A DNA stretch of 64,000 bases from Pseudomonadota bacterium (GTDB lineage: Bacteria > Myxococcota > JACRCW01 > JAFGSX01): assembly GCA_043821645.1 (NCBI GenBank), contig JBDRCO010000134.1, positions 32,001 to 96,000 of the forward strand. The letters are read 5' to 3'. The notes under the pieces were generated by a model. It worked only from the letters and a program-made list of their open reading frames with translations. It ran no database searches and had not been told where the DNA came from. This document shows positions 1 to 10,183 of the stretch, in pieces. How positions within the stretch are numbered: position 1 is the first letter of the stretch; each line of letters starts with the position of its first letter. The position numbers were made by a program, and so were the translations under genes.

Positions 1-1493
1 CGGGCGTCCGGGACGGTGAGCTGCAGACCCCGGAGCACTCCCTCGGCCTCGAAGGACGCGCGGACCTTGCCACTCTCAACCTGGGATGACCTGCCCGGCG
101 CACCCGGTCGCAGGGTCGTCTCCACCTCGACCTCGCCGTCGCGGATCTTGGTAGGTCCCAGGCTCAGGCGATCCTGTGCACCCTCGCCTGTGCCAGGACG
201 GGTCGCCTCGAAACCCTCGAGCGTGGCCTGCACATTGCTCAATCGCGTCGACAGCACCACGCTGCCGTCGCGCCGGGTCGCCGAGCTCACGTGCACTGTG
301 GCCTCGCCCGGGCCCGTCTTGAGGGCCTGCCCGTCCTGGTTCAGGGCCACGCTATCCACGCGCACCCGACCCTCGAGCGTTGCCCGGGATGCGTCGCCCG
401 AGAGCCGCAGGTGGCTCCCGCTGGCCAGATCGATGCGCGCACTGCCAGCGTCGATCATATCGTCCTTGAGGGTGACCTGGCCGACATTGAAGCGCAGGCG
501 ATCGAGCTGGAGCACACCCTCGGGCATGGGCGGGGTCTCGCTGCGGTCGCTGCGGGACCCGCGCGCAGAGGCAGGCGTTGCCTGGGTGCTGGACCCATCG
601 GCGAAACCGGACACCAGATCCTTGACCTCGAAACGTCCGCGCTTGCTGATGTTGAGATCGAAGAAGCCGCCGATGTCGGCCTTGAACTGCACCTGTGCCT
701 CGCCGCGATCGCGGAGGTAGGCGCCGCGGCCGGTCAGCCACAGCGGGAGGTCCGCAGGAGGATCGATCTCGACCTTGCAGCCGCCGCCGGTGTCCCGGCC
801 TCGCGCGTCCCGCGCAGGGACCAGCTCGCCGTCGCGCACCTGCATCTGCACGCGCATCACGGTGTTGGGCTCGATGCTGAAGGACACCCCCCGGGCCTTG
901 TAACGGCCGGCCTTGAGGGGGATCTCGACCTGCAGGTCGCCGTCCTTGACCGCGCCCACCAGCTGCAGACCGTCCACGCCACGCAGCTTGGCCGGGCTCA
1001 GGTCCTGCAGGCTGTCGACCAGCTTGTTGTCCACCTGGTCGAAGGGGTTCCAGCTCGAGGGCGTATTCGGCGCCGGGCTCGCGGCGGTGCGGGAGTCGCT
1101 GTCCAGGTTCTTCTTGGCGCTGAGCAGACCGAGGGCGCCGTTGCCGCGCAGGCTTCCGGTGGTGTTGAGCTCGGGCTGCACGGTCGCGGGATCGCGGCCG
1201 AGGGTACGGCGCTGTGGCGTGGTGCTGGCGTCGACCCCGCTGGTGGTCTCGGGTCGCACCCTGGGGACAGGGCTCGTGGACGGTGCCGTGGAGGCCCGCG
1301 GTAACTCGAGCCGCTGCCCGGTTCGAATGCGGTCGGGATCGGTGATGCCAGGATTGGCAGCCAGGAGCTGTTGCAGGGTGACGCCGTGACGGCGCGCGAT
1401 GCCGCTCAGGGTATCGCCCTTCTGGACCTGAATGGTCTGCTCGCCAGAAGGGCGCTGGGGAGCGCTGGAGCCCGAGGTCTTGCGAACCGCCAT
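1..1493 (-). CDS. LysM-domain protein (N-terminal LysM, long beta-rich C-terminal region); runs off the left edge
   Basis: Not in the ORF track because no stop lies in the window. Manual translation from ATG at 1493 gives MAVRKTSGSSAPQRPSGEQTIQVQKGDTLSGIARRHGVTLQQLLAANPGITDPDRIRTGQRLELP, a canonical LysM motif. The frame stays open to the window start, with a purine-rich RBS upstream. Confidence 0.85.
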   Translation of the reverse strand, partial: MAVRKTSGSSAPQRPSGEQTIQVQKGDTLSGIARRHGVTLQQLLAANPGITDPDRIRTGQRLELPRASTAPSTSPVPRVRPETTSGVDASTTPQRRTLGRDPATVQPELNTTGSLRGNGALGLLSAKKNLDSDSRTAASPAPNTPSSWNPFDQVDNKLVDSLQDLSPAKLRGVDGLQLVGAVKDGDLQVEIPLKAGRYKARGVSFSIEPNTVMRVQMQVRDGELVPARDARGRDTGGGCKVEIDPPADLPLWLTGRGAYLRDRGEAQVQFKADIGGFFDLNISKRGRFEVKDLVSGFADGSSTQATPASARGSRSDRSETPPMPEGVLQLDRLRFNVGQVTLKDDMIDAGSARIDLASGSHLRLSGDASRATLEGRVRVDSVALNQDGQALKTGPGEATVHVSSATRRDGSVVLSTRLSNVQATLEGFEATRPGTGEGAQDRLSLGPTKIRDGEVEVETTLRPGAPGRSSQVESGKVRASFEAEGVLRGLQLTVPDA

Positions 1494-1597
1494 CCTGCCC
1501 TCGTCACCCGCCCTGCACGTTGACCAAAGACCGTCCCTCACAGGGTTATATCCCTCAGCCATATAAGTTGGCTCAGGGATGGGTGTGGTGCGATCCC

Positions 1598-2512
1598 TCA
1601 GGGGCAGGTGCAGATCTGATCGATGACGCAATCGGACAGGATGGGAAGGTCCAGATCGTCCACACGTCCATCGCAGTTGGCGTCGCAATTGCTGCGTGGG
1701 CATCGTGGATGATCCTCGGCGAAACCGGCGGGATCGTCCCGGCATTGCGCGAAGGCAGCGATGTCAGGCGAGCCCAGGCGGCGGTTGCAGTCGGCATCGC
1801 CGCGAAGCCCCACGGGGGGTGCAGCCTGAACACCACCATCCGGGAGTTGGCAGCAGGCTGGCTCGCCTGCACAGTAGTTGGCCAGCAACAGGCTCAGATC
1901 TGTCAGATCGACGATGCCGTTCCCGTCGAGGTCGCCCTCTTGCTCCCCTGTCAGCCCGTAATCGGCGAGCAGGCGGTCGAGGTCCAGCTCGTCGACGCAG
2001 CCATCGCCATTGAGATCACCCGTGAGCCCGAAAGGCGCACAGCGGTCCTGGGGTCGGCCCAGAGGATCTCCCGTCTGGGCCAGGGCCGGGCAGGGCTGCG
2101 TCTGCAGCTGGGTGCGCCATACCCGGTCGCCAGCCCCGCAGGTCTGGTTGTCGTCCACGTCGAGAAACGCGTCGACCAGGTAGCGGCGGCCCTGCAGCAC
2201 GGCGAAGGGATGGCGCTGGTCCACGCGCTGATCGCGCACAGGAGCCTCGAAGCGGGCCAGCACGGCGAGATCTCTCGCGTCGCGCACGACCACCTGGATC
2301 ACGGCGCCCTCGGCATCGCCCAGCTCGCGGATGGCGAGGCGCAGGGCGTCGCATATGGGCTCCCCGTCACGAGGCTGTCGGCAGTAGCCCAGCGCGCGAT
2401 CGCACCGGGAAAACGCAGGGCACTCCCCGTCGCTGGCGCACAGGGTCACCGCGATCTGGGGCTTGCAGCTGGTGAGGACAAACACGAGGGTGCAGAGTCC
2501 GAGGCGAAGCAT
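1598..2512 (-). CDS. Cys-rich lipoprotein with dockerin-like (DxDxDG Ca-binding) repeats
   Basis: Lipobox-like VLTSC. Repeats GDLNGDGCVDELDL, GDLDGNGIVDLTDLSLLL, GDADCNRRLGSPDI and CDANCDGRVDDLDL. Confidence 0.75.
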   Translation of the reverse strand: MLRLGLCTLVFVLTSCKPQIAVTLCASDGECPAFSRCDRALGYCRQPRDGEPICDALRLAIRELGDAEGAVIQVVVRDARDLAVLARFEAPVRDQRVDQRHPFAVLQGRRYLVDAFLDVDDNQTCGAGDRVWRTQLQTQPCPALAQTGDPLGRPQDRCAPFGLTGDLNGDGCVDELDLDRLLADYGLTGEQEGDLDGNGIVDLTDLSLLLANYCAGEPACCQLPDGGVQAAPPVGLRGDADCNRRLGSPDIAAFAQCRDDPAGFAEDHPRCPRSNCDANCDGRVDDLDLPILSDCVIDQICTCP

Positions 2513-2568
2513 GGGTCCATGAGCTCCCTGGCGCGAGGTTCGGGGCGCGCCGGGTGTTCGGGTGCCGC

Positions 2569-3963
2569 TCAGCCCTGAGCGCTGCGCGCGTCAGAGCGTC
2601 GAGTGATCGCATCAAAGGCGAGCAAACACACCAGGGCCACTGCGCCGATGGCCGCGAAAACATACCAGATGTAGTGCGCGTGCGCGTAGGCCTCGGGCAG
2701 CGCTGTCCCGTATTGCAGGGCCAGGGTGTGCGCCTGATGCTGTGCCAGCGGCAGCGTCGAGGGATCCGGGCAGAAGGCATCGAGCAGGTAGCCCGACAGC
2801 ACGAAGCCGACGGACCAGGCAAAGAAGGTGTGCAGGTGCGAGTAGCCCATGTACAGACCCTCCTCGCCCGGAGGGGCCTGCTTGCTGGCGTACTCGAGAA
2901 AGCGTGGGCTCAAGAAACACTCAGCCAGACCCTGCAGGCCAATGCCCACGACGAGACACAGGGTGATGGGGTGCACGGTGGTTCCCAGCAGGGGGATGCT
3001 GGTACCTGTCATGGCCTCGAGTATCGGACTGAGCGCGATGGACAGCGCCGTGAACGGGATGATGGCGAGACCGATGCCAATCGAGGCCACCGGCCGGACC
3101 CGGCGCACCAGCTGCGTGATGACGATGGCCATGGCCACCACCACCGCGGGATTGATGTTGGCGATCCACTCGGGCCTGGCATGCTCGCCCACCGTGCGCA
3201 GGATGTACTTGGGCATGGAGGCGTAGACCTGGCCCTGGATGATCCAGAACCCGGCAACGATGAAGATGAGCGCCATGAAGCGGCCATTGCGCAGCACCGT
3301 TGCGAAGCCGCGGGCGATCTCGGCGTAGCTCTTGCGCTCGCCGTCGTGGGAGTCGATGCCCCTGTAAAACAGCAGCACCACGATCACGCCCAGCAAGCCC
3401 ATGAATGCGGAGTAGTAGCTGACGTACTCGAGGCCGAGCATGGTGCGCAGCGGATAGGCGATGGTCTTGCCGGTGAAGGAGCCGATGTTGACCACGGTGT
3501 AGAAGATCGAAAAGGCTCGAGCGCGGTTATGCTCGTCGCTGCTCCGGGCTGCAGTGCCGCTGATCACGGGCTTGACCAGGGCACCACCGAGCAGGATCAC
3601 GGTGAGCGAGACCACCGCCATCACCTGAATGCCTCCCGCTCCGAGCAACGCGCGCGCGAGGGTCGTGCCGAAGAATCCCAGCATGGCGTAGCCCACGGTG
3701 AGCAGCGAGAAGGCAAGGACGAGTGCCAGGCGAAAGCCCACCCGATCTGCCCAGGCCCCGGCGAAGGGTGGGACCAGATAAATGACCGCGGCAAAGTAGG
3801 CTGCGACCCAGCCGGCGCCGACGTCACTGAAACCATAGTTGCGGGTCAGGTACACCACCAGGCCGATGAACACGCCGTAGTAGGCGGCGCGCTCGAACAG
3901 CTCAACCACGTTGGCGGCCCAGAAGTGGCGCGGGAAGCGCCAGGTGCCGGTGCTCTCGCTCAT
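2569..3963 (-). CDS. MFS transporter, POT/PTR (proton-dependent oligopeptide) type
   Basis: ExxER motif (VELFERAAYYG), GAWADRVG loop motif, AFSIFYTVVNIGS PTR-like signature, many hydrophobic helices. Confidence 0.85.
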   Translation of the reverse strand: MSESTGTWRFPRHFWAANVVELFERAAYYGVFIGLVVYLTRNYGFSDVGAGWVAAYFAAVIYLVPPFAGAWADRVGFRLALVLAFSLLTVGYAMLGFFGTTLARALLGAGGIQVMAVVSLTVILLGGALVKPVISGTAARSSDEHNRARAFSIFYTVVNIGSFTGKTIAYPLRTMLGLEYVSYYSAFMGLLGVIVVLLFYRGIDSHDGERKSYAEIARGFATVLRNGRFMALIFIVAGFWIIQGQVYASMPKYILRTVGEHARPEWIANINPAVVVAMAIVITQLVRRVRPVASIGIGLAIIPFTALSIALSPILEAMTGTSIPLLGTTVHPITLCLVVGIGLQGLAECFLSPRFLEYASKQAPPGEEGLYMGYSHLHTFFAWSVGFVLSGYLLDAFCPDPSTLPLAQHQAHTLALQYGTALPEAYAHAHYIWYVFAAIGAVALVCLLAFDAITRRSDARSAQG

Positions 3964-4281
3964 GTCCTTGGTTCGACCTTTCTGCGCACCGGTACCCGGG
4001 CGCTGGACGAAGGGCTGCTATAGCAGAGCATTCCTTGGAGCAGCACCCCCATTCGAGGACACGCCCGGGGAGCGTCCATGATATGCATGAGCTCTGCTCG
4101 TCGAGAACGGGTCTTCATGCCCCGGTCGTCCAGCACGATGATGCCTGGTCCCACGGCGATCGTGGGGACCGGGTGACACCGGGAACTCCTGCCGGTGTTG
4201 AAGGTGTGGTATCCTTTTCTCTTTCGGTGGGGACGGAGATTCATTGTGCGATATCGGTCCCCCCGCGGGTCTCTCTCGGTG

Positions 4282-5823
4282 ATGCTGACCATCCTGCTCA
4301 TGGTATCTGGCCTGTGCTCGTCTGTTGCCGCGGCCGACCTGTCAGAGGAGGCGAGGACGCGCCTGGACCTCGAGGAGCTGACCCTCGCCGAGGCCGAGCT
4401 GCACGAGGCCATGGTCGAGCTGCTGGCGCCCGGTGAGCTGCTGAGCAAGGCGGTGAGCCAGCACCGGGTTCTGTCCCGCCACGATCAGCAGATCCTGCTG
4501 CAACGCTGGAAACGCGCCCGCACGGCCATGGACAGGGTCGACGCCGTGGCGCGCCTCACCACCATGGCGCTGGCCTCCTCGCCCCTGTGCCAGGACGCTC
4601 TGTGTCACGAACGCGCCGCCCTGGGGGCCGTGGCTCGCCTGACCAAGCTCGTGCATGGCACTGGCCTGCTGGTCCTGCTGCGGGCCGCTCCGAAACTTCA
4701 AGTCACACTCGATGACGAGTCGTCACAGTTCGGTCAGCGCGGGGGCGAAGCGGGGCGCTTCCGGGATCAGGTCTACGACGCCCGGGACCTGAGCCTGTTG
4801 CTCGGCTATGCGCGCACACGGGCGGCGCACATGAGTGGATTGTATGCACGCCACGGTCAGCACACCGTGGATCGCGAGCGCTGGTTGCTGCACTTCTGGA
4901 TCCGCCACAGCGGGCTCATCGAGAACGCGCTCACCGGAACCGACGCTGGCAATGCCTGGTTCGACGCCACCCTCACCGAGCGCGTGCGGGGATTTCTGGA
5001 CCAGGCCGCCAAGGAGATCACGCGACCGCTCGCACGGGTCTTCGGACGCACCAAGGTGATCCGGCCGGGCCGCTACCTCATCGCTCTCGAGCAGGCCGAG
5101 GTCATGGTCACGCAGCTCGAGCCTGGTGACATCGTGCTCGAGAAGACCCAGGGTTACCTGTGCAACTGGTTCATCAAAGGCTACTGGGGTCACGCGATGC
5201 TCTACCTCGGTAGCTATGACGAGGCGATGGCAGCCTTCGACGCTCCCGAGCTGCGTGCGGCGTTTGCAGCGCGCGGCGCCCGCGACTTCGAGGACTACCT
5301 GATCCAGCATGCGCCCGAGGCTGCGCGTGCCTGGCGCAGTGGACGTGATCCTGGCGGCCGCGAGATGCGTTTCATCGAGGGTGATGGCATCGCGGGTCAG
5401 GTCGTGTTCAGCTCGACCGCCCAGGCCATGGACGCCGACTCGCTCGCCGCGTTGCGGCCTCGGCTGAGCCGTCTCGACAAGGCCCTGGCCATCGCCGACG
5501 CCCTGACCTACTGGCAGCGGGCCTTCGACTATGCCCTGGATCTCAGCACCGACAGCGCCCTCATGTGCACCGAGCTGGTGGCGCGCGCCTATGCCGCCGA
5601 GCCCGGCAAGCAGGGGCTGACCCTGCCTGCGCGCTCCATTGGCGGCGGACGCTTCATGGTCATTCCCAGCGACATCGCGGAGCAGTACGCGCGCGACGTG
5701 GCACACCCCGGACGCCAGCTGGATTTCGTGTATTTGCTGCGCGCCGACGAGGTCCACGAGCGCAGTACCGTGGGATCCGAGGTCGAGTTCCGGGGGTCCG
5801 CCGACTGGAAGACCTTGCTGTGA
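4282..5823 (+). CDS. Secreted permuted papain-like NlpC/P60 amidase (YiiX/YebB family) with helical N-terminal extension
   Basis: Signal peptide from ATG 4282 (track start 4195). Motifs LEPGDIVL, GYWGHAMLYLG (His) and FDY..DLSTDSALMCTELVARAY (Cys after His = permuted order). Confidence 0.75.
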   Translation: MLTILLMVSGLCSSVAAADLSEEARTRLDLEELTLAEAELHEAMVELLAPGELLSKAVSQHRVLSRHDQQILLQRWKRARTAMDRVDAVARLTTMALASSPLCQDALCHERAALGAVARLTKLVHGTGLLVLLRAAPKLQVTLDDESSQFGQRGGEAGRFRDQVYDARDLSLLLGYARTRAAHMSGLYARHGQHTVDRERWLLHFWIRHSGLIENALTGTDAGNAWFDATLTERVRGFLDQAAKEITRPLARVFGRTKVIRPGRYLIALEQAEVMVTQLEPGDIVLEKTQGYLCNWFIKGYWGHAMLYLGSYDEAMAAFDAPELRAAFAARGARDFEDYLIQHAPEAARAWRSGRDPGGREMRFIEGDGIAGQVVFSSTAQAMDADSLAALRPRLSRLDKALAIADALTYWQRAFDYALDLSTDSALMCTELVARAYAAEPGKQGLTLPARSIGGGRFMVIPSDIAEQYARDVAHPGRQLDFVYLLRADEVHERSTVGSEVEFRGSADWKTLL

Positions 5824-5833
5824 CGACGGTGCT

Positions 5834-7465
5834 CTAGGCGCGCGCGCGCGCCAGCTTGAGCTTGTTCTTTGCCATCGTCCCCAGCTTCTTGCGACCGGCC
5901 TGCTTGACCACCTGGGCAAGCAGTTCCTCGCCCCAGGGGCTGTCCTGCTCCACGAAGTGGAAGCCCAGGTAGTACAGCTGCTCGAGTCCCACGCTTTTGT
6001 CCTTGCGCAGGGCGCTGCCGAGATCGAAATCCCGAAGCGCGAGCTGGTTGAACAGGCGCAGGGCCTCGTCGTCTTGGCGCGCCGTCGGGTGGGTGTCGAG
6101 CTTGCTGTGGCCGAGCTCCAGCACCGCCAGGGCCAGTCTGTCCTCGTCGCTGGCGCAGTTGTCGTGACACAGCGCCCGTAGAACCTGTTGTGCCAGGTCG
6201 AGCTTCTTGGCCTTGCGCAGGGCCTTGGCCAGGTCGCGTAGAGCCTGCCCGGTCTTGTCCGCGTCAACGGTGCGCACCAGATCCAGTGCTGCCTTCCAGC
6301 CTCCAGCGCCCTCGCGCAGCCGCGCAATGGCAGCGTCGAGCAGTTTCTGGCGTTGCGCGGGGGTGAGCTTCTCGAGGTGATGCCGCAGCACGCCGCGGAT
6401 CATCCACATGCGATCCGTGTCGTCGATGGCGAGCAGGATCTTGACCAGCTCGGGCACGGCGTCGGGTCGCTTCTCGAGCAGGCTGGCCACCAGGGACGCG
6501 CGCCCCTCGTCGGCGTCGCCGATCACGTGTGCCAGCACCTTCGCGGTGTGGGGGTCGATCTGGCGCGCCAGTTGCTCGAGGGCAAAGCGCGCGCGCTCCA
6601 GGTCGCGGTGGCGGGCAATCTTCTCGAGCAGGGGGGCGCGCTCCGCGGGGAGCTCGATGCCCCCCAGGGTCATCAGCGCGGTCTGGGCAAGCTGCCGGTC
6701 CGGGGCCAGGGCCGCGTCCGCCAGGACCTCCACCACTCGACCCAGGTCCTGCTTCGCCGTGACAGCGAAGCGCAGCCCGATCACCGCTTCCTGCCGAGCC
6801 GAGGGTGGTGCCTCGCGATTGCCGGCAAATTCCAGCAATGTCGCGGTGGCCCGGGGGTCCTCGATCTGGCCCAGGATGCGCAGGGTCGCCGCCAGGGGCA
6901 CAGCCGGAAGGGGACTGAGCTTGCTCAGCTTCTTGATGAAGCTCTCGGCTTGCTTGAGGTACTGGGTGCGCTCGGGTCGCGAGGCGTCCTTGATCTGCTG
7001 CCGCAGCTCGCGCGTCGCCGATCGGGCCACCTCCTCGCTCGCGTTCTCGAGGCTGGCCAGCAAGGCTCCAAAGGCGGCCTTGCCTCCCACCTGGGCCAAG
7101 ATCGCGTCCAGGGCGCGGCGCTCGTCGGTACCCGCCTCGGCAGCGCGCTTCTCCAGCTCGCCCACCACGCTCTCCCCGAAGGAGGTGATGGTGGCGATGG
7201 CCGCCTCGCGCAGACTGGCGTCACGCTCTCCCAGGAGCTGCGCCAGCCGGGGGAGGGCCTTGCGTGCGCCGAGGCGCCCCAGGGTTTGCACGGCGAGCAG
7301 CCGCACACGAGGACTCTCGTCGTCCAGACGGCGGACCAAGGCCTCGACACAGGCCGTGCTCTTGATCTCGAGCTCGCCCAGCACGACGATGGCAGCGGTG
7401 CGCTTCTCGTCTTCCGGGTCACCGAGCAACGCGATGATGCGATCGACAGGATCCTTGCTGGCCAT
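5834..7465 (-). CDS. HEAT-repeat protein
   Basis: Repeated L.D....VR..A...LG.L units, RBS GGAGGG upstream, Leu/Ala-rich helical sequence. Confidence 0.8.
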   Translation of the reverse strand: MASKDPVDRIIALLGDPEDEKRTAAIVVLGELEIKSTACVEALVRRLDDESPRVRLLAVQTLGRLGARKALPRLAQLLGERDASLREAAIATITSFGESVVGELEKRAAEAGTDERRALDAILAQVGGKAAFGALLASLENASEEVARSATRELRQQIKDASRPERTQYLKQAESFIKKLSKLSPLPAVPLAATLRILGQIEDPRATATLLEFAGNREAPPSARQEAVIGLRFAVTAKQDLGRVVEVLADAALAPDRQLAQTALMTLGGIELPAERAPLLEKIARHRDLERARFALEQLARQIDPHTAKVLAHVIGDADEGRASLVASLLEKRPDAVPELVKILLAIDDTDRMWMIRGVLRHHLEKLTPAQRQKLLDAAIARLREGAGGWKAALDLVRTVDADKTGQALRDLAKALRKAKKLDLAQQVLRALCHDNCASDEDRLALAVLELGHSKLDTHPTARQDDEALRLFNQLALRDFDLGSALRKDKSVGLEQLYYLGFHFVEQDSPWGEELLAQVVKQAGRKKLGTMAKNKLKLARARA

Positions 7466-7575
7466 GGTGCCCTCCCGGGGTCTCGAATTATTGTCGGCCG
7501 AGCCAGGCGCTGCCTAGACCCATTCGTGCGCGCAGGGGCCTCGACCGCCAGAGGCGGACCTGACAGGCTTGTGTT

Positions 7576-9726
7576 GTGACCGAGCCACTGATGTTTTTTG
7601 CCACCTGCCCCCGCGGCCTCGCCGGCTTGCTCGGCGACGAGCTGCGTGCGCTGGGGGCGCTCTCGGTGCGCGTCCGGCCCGCCGGCGTGGATTTCGACGG
7701 CGAGATGGAGCTCGGCTATCGCGCCTGTCTCTGGTCGCGCCTGGCGAGCCGCATTTTGCTGCGCATCGGACAGTTCGAGAGCCCTGACGAGGATGCGCTG
7801 TACGCTGCCACGCGGGCGGTGGACTGGAGCGGGCACCTCGCACCGGGGCGCAGCTTTGCCGTCGATGTCACGGCGACGCGTGCTCCCTACCGCAATACCC
7901 ACTTCGTGGCGCTGCGGGTCAAGGACGCCGTGGTGGATGCGCTGCGCGAGCTGCGCGGCGAACGCCCGGATGTGGATACGCACGAGCCCGACCTGCGTCT
8001 GCACCTGCACCAGCACAGCACCCTGGCTGCGCTCTACGTGGATCTGTCCGGCGACAGCCTGCACCGGAGAGGCTACCGGGCCCAGGCGGGAGAAGCGCCA
8101 CTCAAAGAGAACGTGGCGGCCGCTCTTCTCGTGCGCGCAGGCTGGCCACGCCTGGCCAGGGAGGGCGCGCCGCTCGTCGACCCCATGTGCGGCTCCGGGA
8201 CTTTTCTGATCGAGGCGGCGCTGATGGCCGCCGATGCCGCACCTGGTCTGCTGCGCCCACGCTTCGGTTTCGAGGGCTGGACCCGGCACGACAGCGCGCT
8301 GTGGGACAGGCTGCGCACCGAGGCCGAGGCGCGTCGTGACCTCGAGCGCCTCCCGACCCTGGCTGGCAGCGACCACGACGCACGAGCCATCGAGGCGGCA
8401 GCCGAGGGCCTGCACCGCGCCGGGCTCGACGGGCGCATCGCACTGCACTGCTGCGACCTCGCCGAGGCCCCGGGATATTCGCTCGAGCCGCTGGCACGGC
8501 CCGGCCTGGTCCTGGTCAATCCGCCCTACGGTGAGCGCATGGGTTCACGTCGCGAGGTTGAGGCTCTGTACCCGCGCCTGGGCCAGGTCCTGCGCGAGCG
8601 CTTCGCGGGCTGGAGCGCGGGGGTCCTCACCACGGACGATGCGCTGGCCTCCTTGCTGGGTCTGCGCCCGCGCCGTCGTCACGCCGTGGCAAACGGCGCC
8701 CTGGACTGCCAGTTTCTTGAATTCGATCTGCTCGCGGTCGAGGCGCGCCAGCAACGGGCTGAGCAGGCCGGACAGAAACGCCGCGACAGGGAGAGCGCCG
8801 CCCTGGAGAGCGCCTTTGCCCACCGTCTGAAGAAGAACCAGAAGAAGCTTGGACCCTGGGCCAGATCGCAGCGCCTCGAGGCCTACCGGCTGTATGACGC
8901 CGACATCCCGGAGTACGCCGTCGCCGTGGATCGCTACGGCAACTGGCTGCACGTGCAGGAGTATGCCGCGCCGGCCACCGTCGACGAGGTGGCAGCGCGT
9001 CGCCGACTCGACGAGATCCTGGCTGCGGTTCCGGCGGTCTGTGGCGTCGAGCCCGGGCACATGGTGCTCAAGCGGCGTGAACGCCAGCGCGGACCGCGCC
9101 AGTATCAGAAGCTGGGGGAGGGCGGGGAGAGCATGGTGGTGCGGGAGCGCGACCTGCGCTTCGAGATCAATCTGTCCGACCACCTGGACAGTGGCCTGTT
9201 CCTCGACGGACGCGAGCTTCGTGCGCTGGTGGGTTCCCTGGCTCGAGACCAGCGCGTGCTCAACCTCTTCGCCTACACCGGCAGCGCCACCGTGGCCGCC
9301 GCGGTGGGGGGCGCCCGGAGCAGCACCAGCGTCGATCTGTCACGCACCTACCTGGACTGGGCCCAGCGCAACCTGGACCTCAATGGCCACGGGCGGGGTC
9401 CGCATCGCCTGCAGCAGGCCGACTGCCTGAGCTGGCTGTCGCAGGCGCGTGAGCAGTACGACTTGATCTACCTCGACCCGCCGACCTTCTCGACGTCCAA
9501 GCGCATGGCGGACACCCTCGACGTGCAGCGCGACCACGTGGACCTCATCCGCAAGGCCCTGCGCCTGCTGGCACCCCAGGGTCAGCTGATCTTCGTGTGC
9601 AATGCCCGCCGCTTCAAGCTGGACACCGCGTCTCTGGATGACGTGAGCATCGAGGAATGGACCGCGCGCACCGTGCCTCGCGACTTTAGACGACGGCCGC
9701 ACCGCAGCTGGCGGATCACCCGCTGA
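7576..9726 (+). CDS. rlmKL: Bifunctional 23S rRNA m2G2445/m7G2069 methyltransferase RlmKL
   Basis: THUMP region followed by PLKENVAAALL, DPMCGSGT and NPPYGER. The second MTase has YRLYDADIPEY, DSGLFLD, VLNLFAYTG and DPPTFS. Length 716 aa is typical. Confidence 0.95.
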   Translation: MTEPLMFFATCPRGLAGLLGDELRALGALSVRVRPAGVDFDGEMELGYRACLWSRLASRILLRIGQFESPDEDALYAATRAVDWSGHLAPGRSFAVDVTATRAPYRNTHFVALRVKDAVVDALRELRGERPDVDTHEPDLRLHLHQHSTLAALYVDLSGDSLHRRGYRAQAGEAPLKENVAAALLVRAGWPRLAREGAPLVDPMCGSGTFLIEAALMAADAAPGLLRPRFGFEGWTRHDSALWDRLRTEAEARRDLERLPTLAGSDHDARAIEAAAEGLHRAGLDGRIALHCCDLAEAPGYSLEPLARPGLVLVNPPYGERMGSRREVEALYPRLGQVLRERFAGWSAGVLTTDDALASLLGLRPRRRHAVANGALDCQFLEFDLLAVEARQQRAEQAGQKRRDRESAALESAFAHRLKKNQKKLGPWARSQRLEAYRLYDADIPEYAVAVDRYGNWLHVQEYAAPATVDEVAARRRLDEILAAVPAVCGVEPGHMVLKRRERQRGPRQYQKLGEGGESMVVRERDLRFEINLSDHLDSGLFLDGRELRALVGSLARDQRVLNLFAYTGSATVAAAVGGARSSTSVDLSRTYLDWAQRNLDLNGHGRGPHRLQQADCLSWLSQAREQYDLIYLDPPTFSTSKRMADTLDVQRDHVDLIRKALRLLAPQGQLIFVCNARRFKLDTASLDDVSIEEWTARTVPRDFRRRPHRSWRITR

Positions 9727-10183
9727 GCGTGGTTCCCGCGCGCTTGCGCCGCACGTAGAGCTGCTTGCGCACGCGGGCCACCTCGGCTCCGTCGTCGTCG
9801 CGCACCGTCACGTCGAACCAGGGAAGATACTTCTGTCCATCGGCCGTGTGTCGCCGCATGTCCTCGATGGCATCCTCGCCGATCTCGAACAGCGCGTGCA
9901 CCGAGCCACGCCCGGGCGCCACGAACTCTATCTGCGCGGCCTTGTCCCACACCACGTAGTCCCGTCCCAGGTTCTGCAACGCCATGATCATGAAGAAGGG
10001 ATCCGTCATCGCGTACAGACTGCCGCCAAACTGCGTGCGCACGTAGTTCCGGTTGTACCAGCGCAGCCGCATGTGCACCCGGATGCGTCGCCAGTCCGGC
10101 GCAATCTCGTCGACATGGATACCCGCGCCCAGGTAGGGGGGGTAGATGTTGAAGACCACTCGAAGCAGCCGGGGGTCTGTCAT
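9716..10183 (-). CDS. DUF4442 / hotdog-fold (thioesterase-like) protein
   Basis: FNIYPPYLGAGI, NRNYVRTQFGGSLYAMTDPFFM and YVVWDKAAQIEF motifs. Start re-set to MTDPRLL at 10183. Confidence 0.85.
   Translation of the reverse strand: MTDPRLLRVVFNIYPPYLGAGIHVDEIAPDWRRIRVHMRLRWYNRNYVRTQFGGSLYAMTDPFFMIMALQNLGRDYVVWDKAAQIEFVAPGRGSVHALFEIGEDAIEDMRRHTADGQKYLPWFDVTVRDDDGAEVARVRKQLYVRRKRAGTTLSG

Noticed and set aside
16-1389. Long + strand ORFs (16-720, 291-1304, 913-1389)
   Set aside because: Antisense shadows of the minus-strand LysM gene, typical of high-GC DNA. The same applies to most other overlapping ORFs in the track.
4035-4448. Short ORFs on both strands between the transporter and the amidase
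   Set aside because: They overlap the amidase start and promoter region and have no recognisable motifs.
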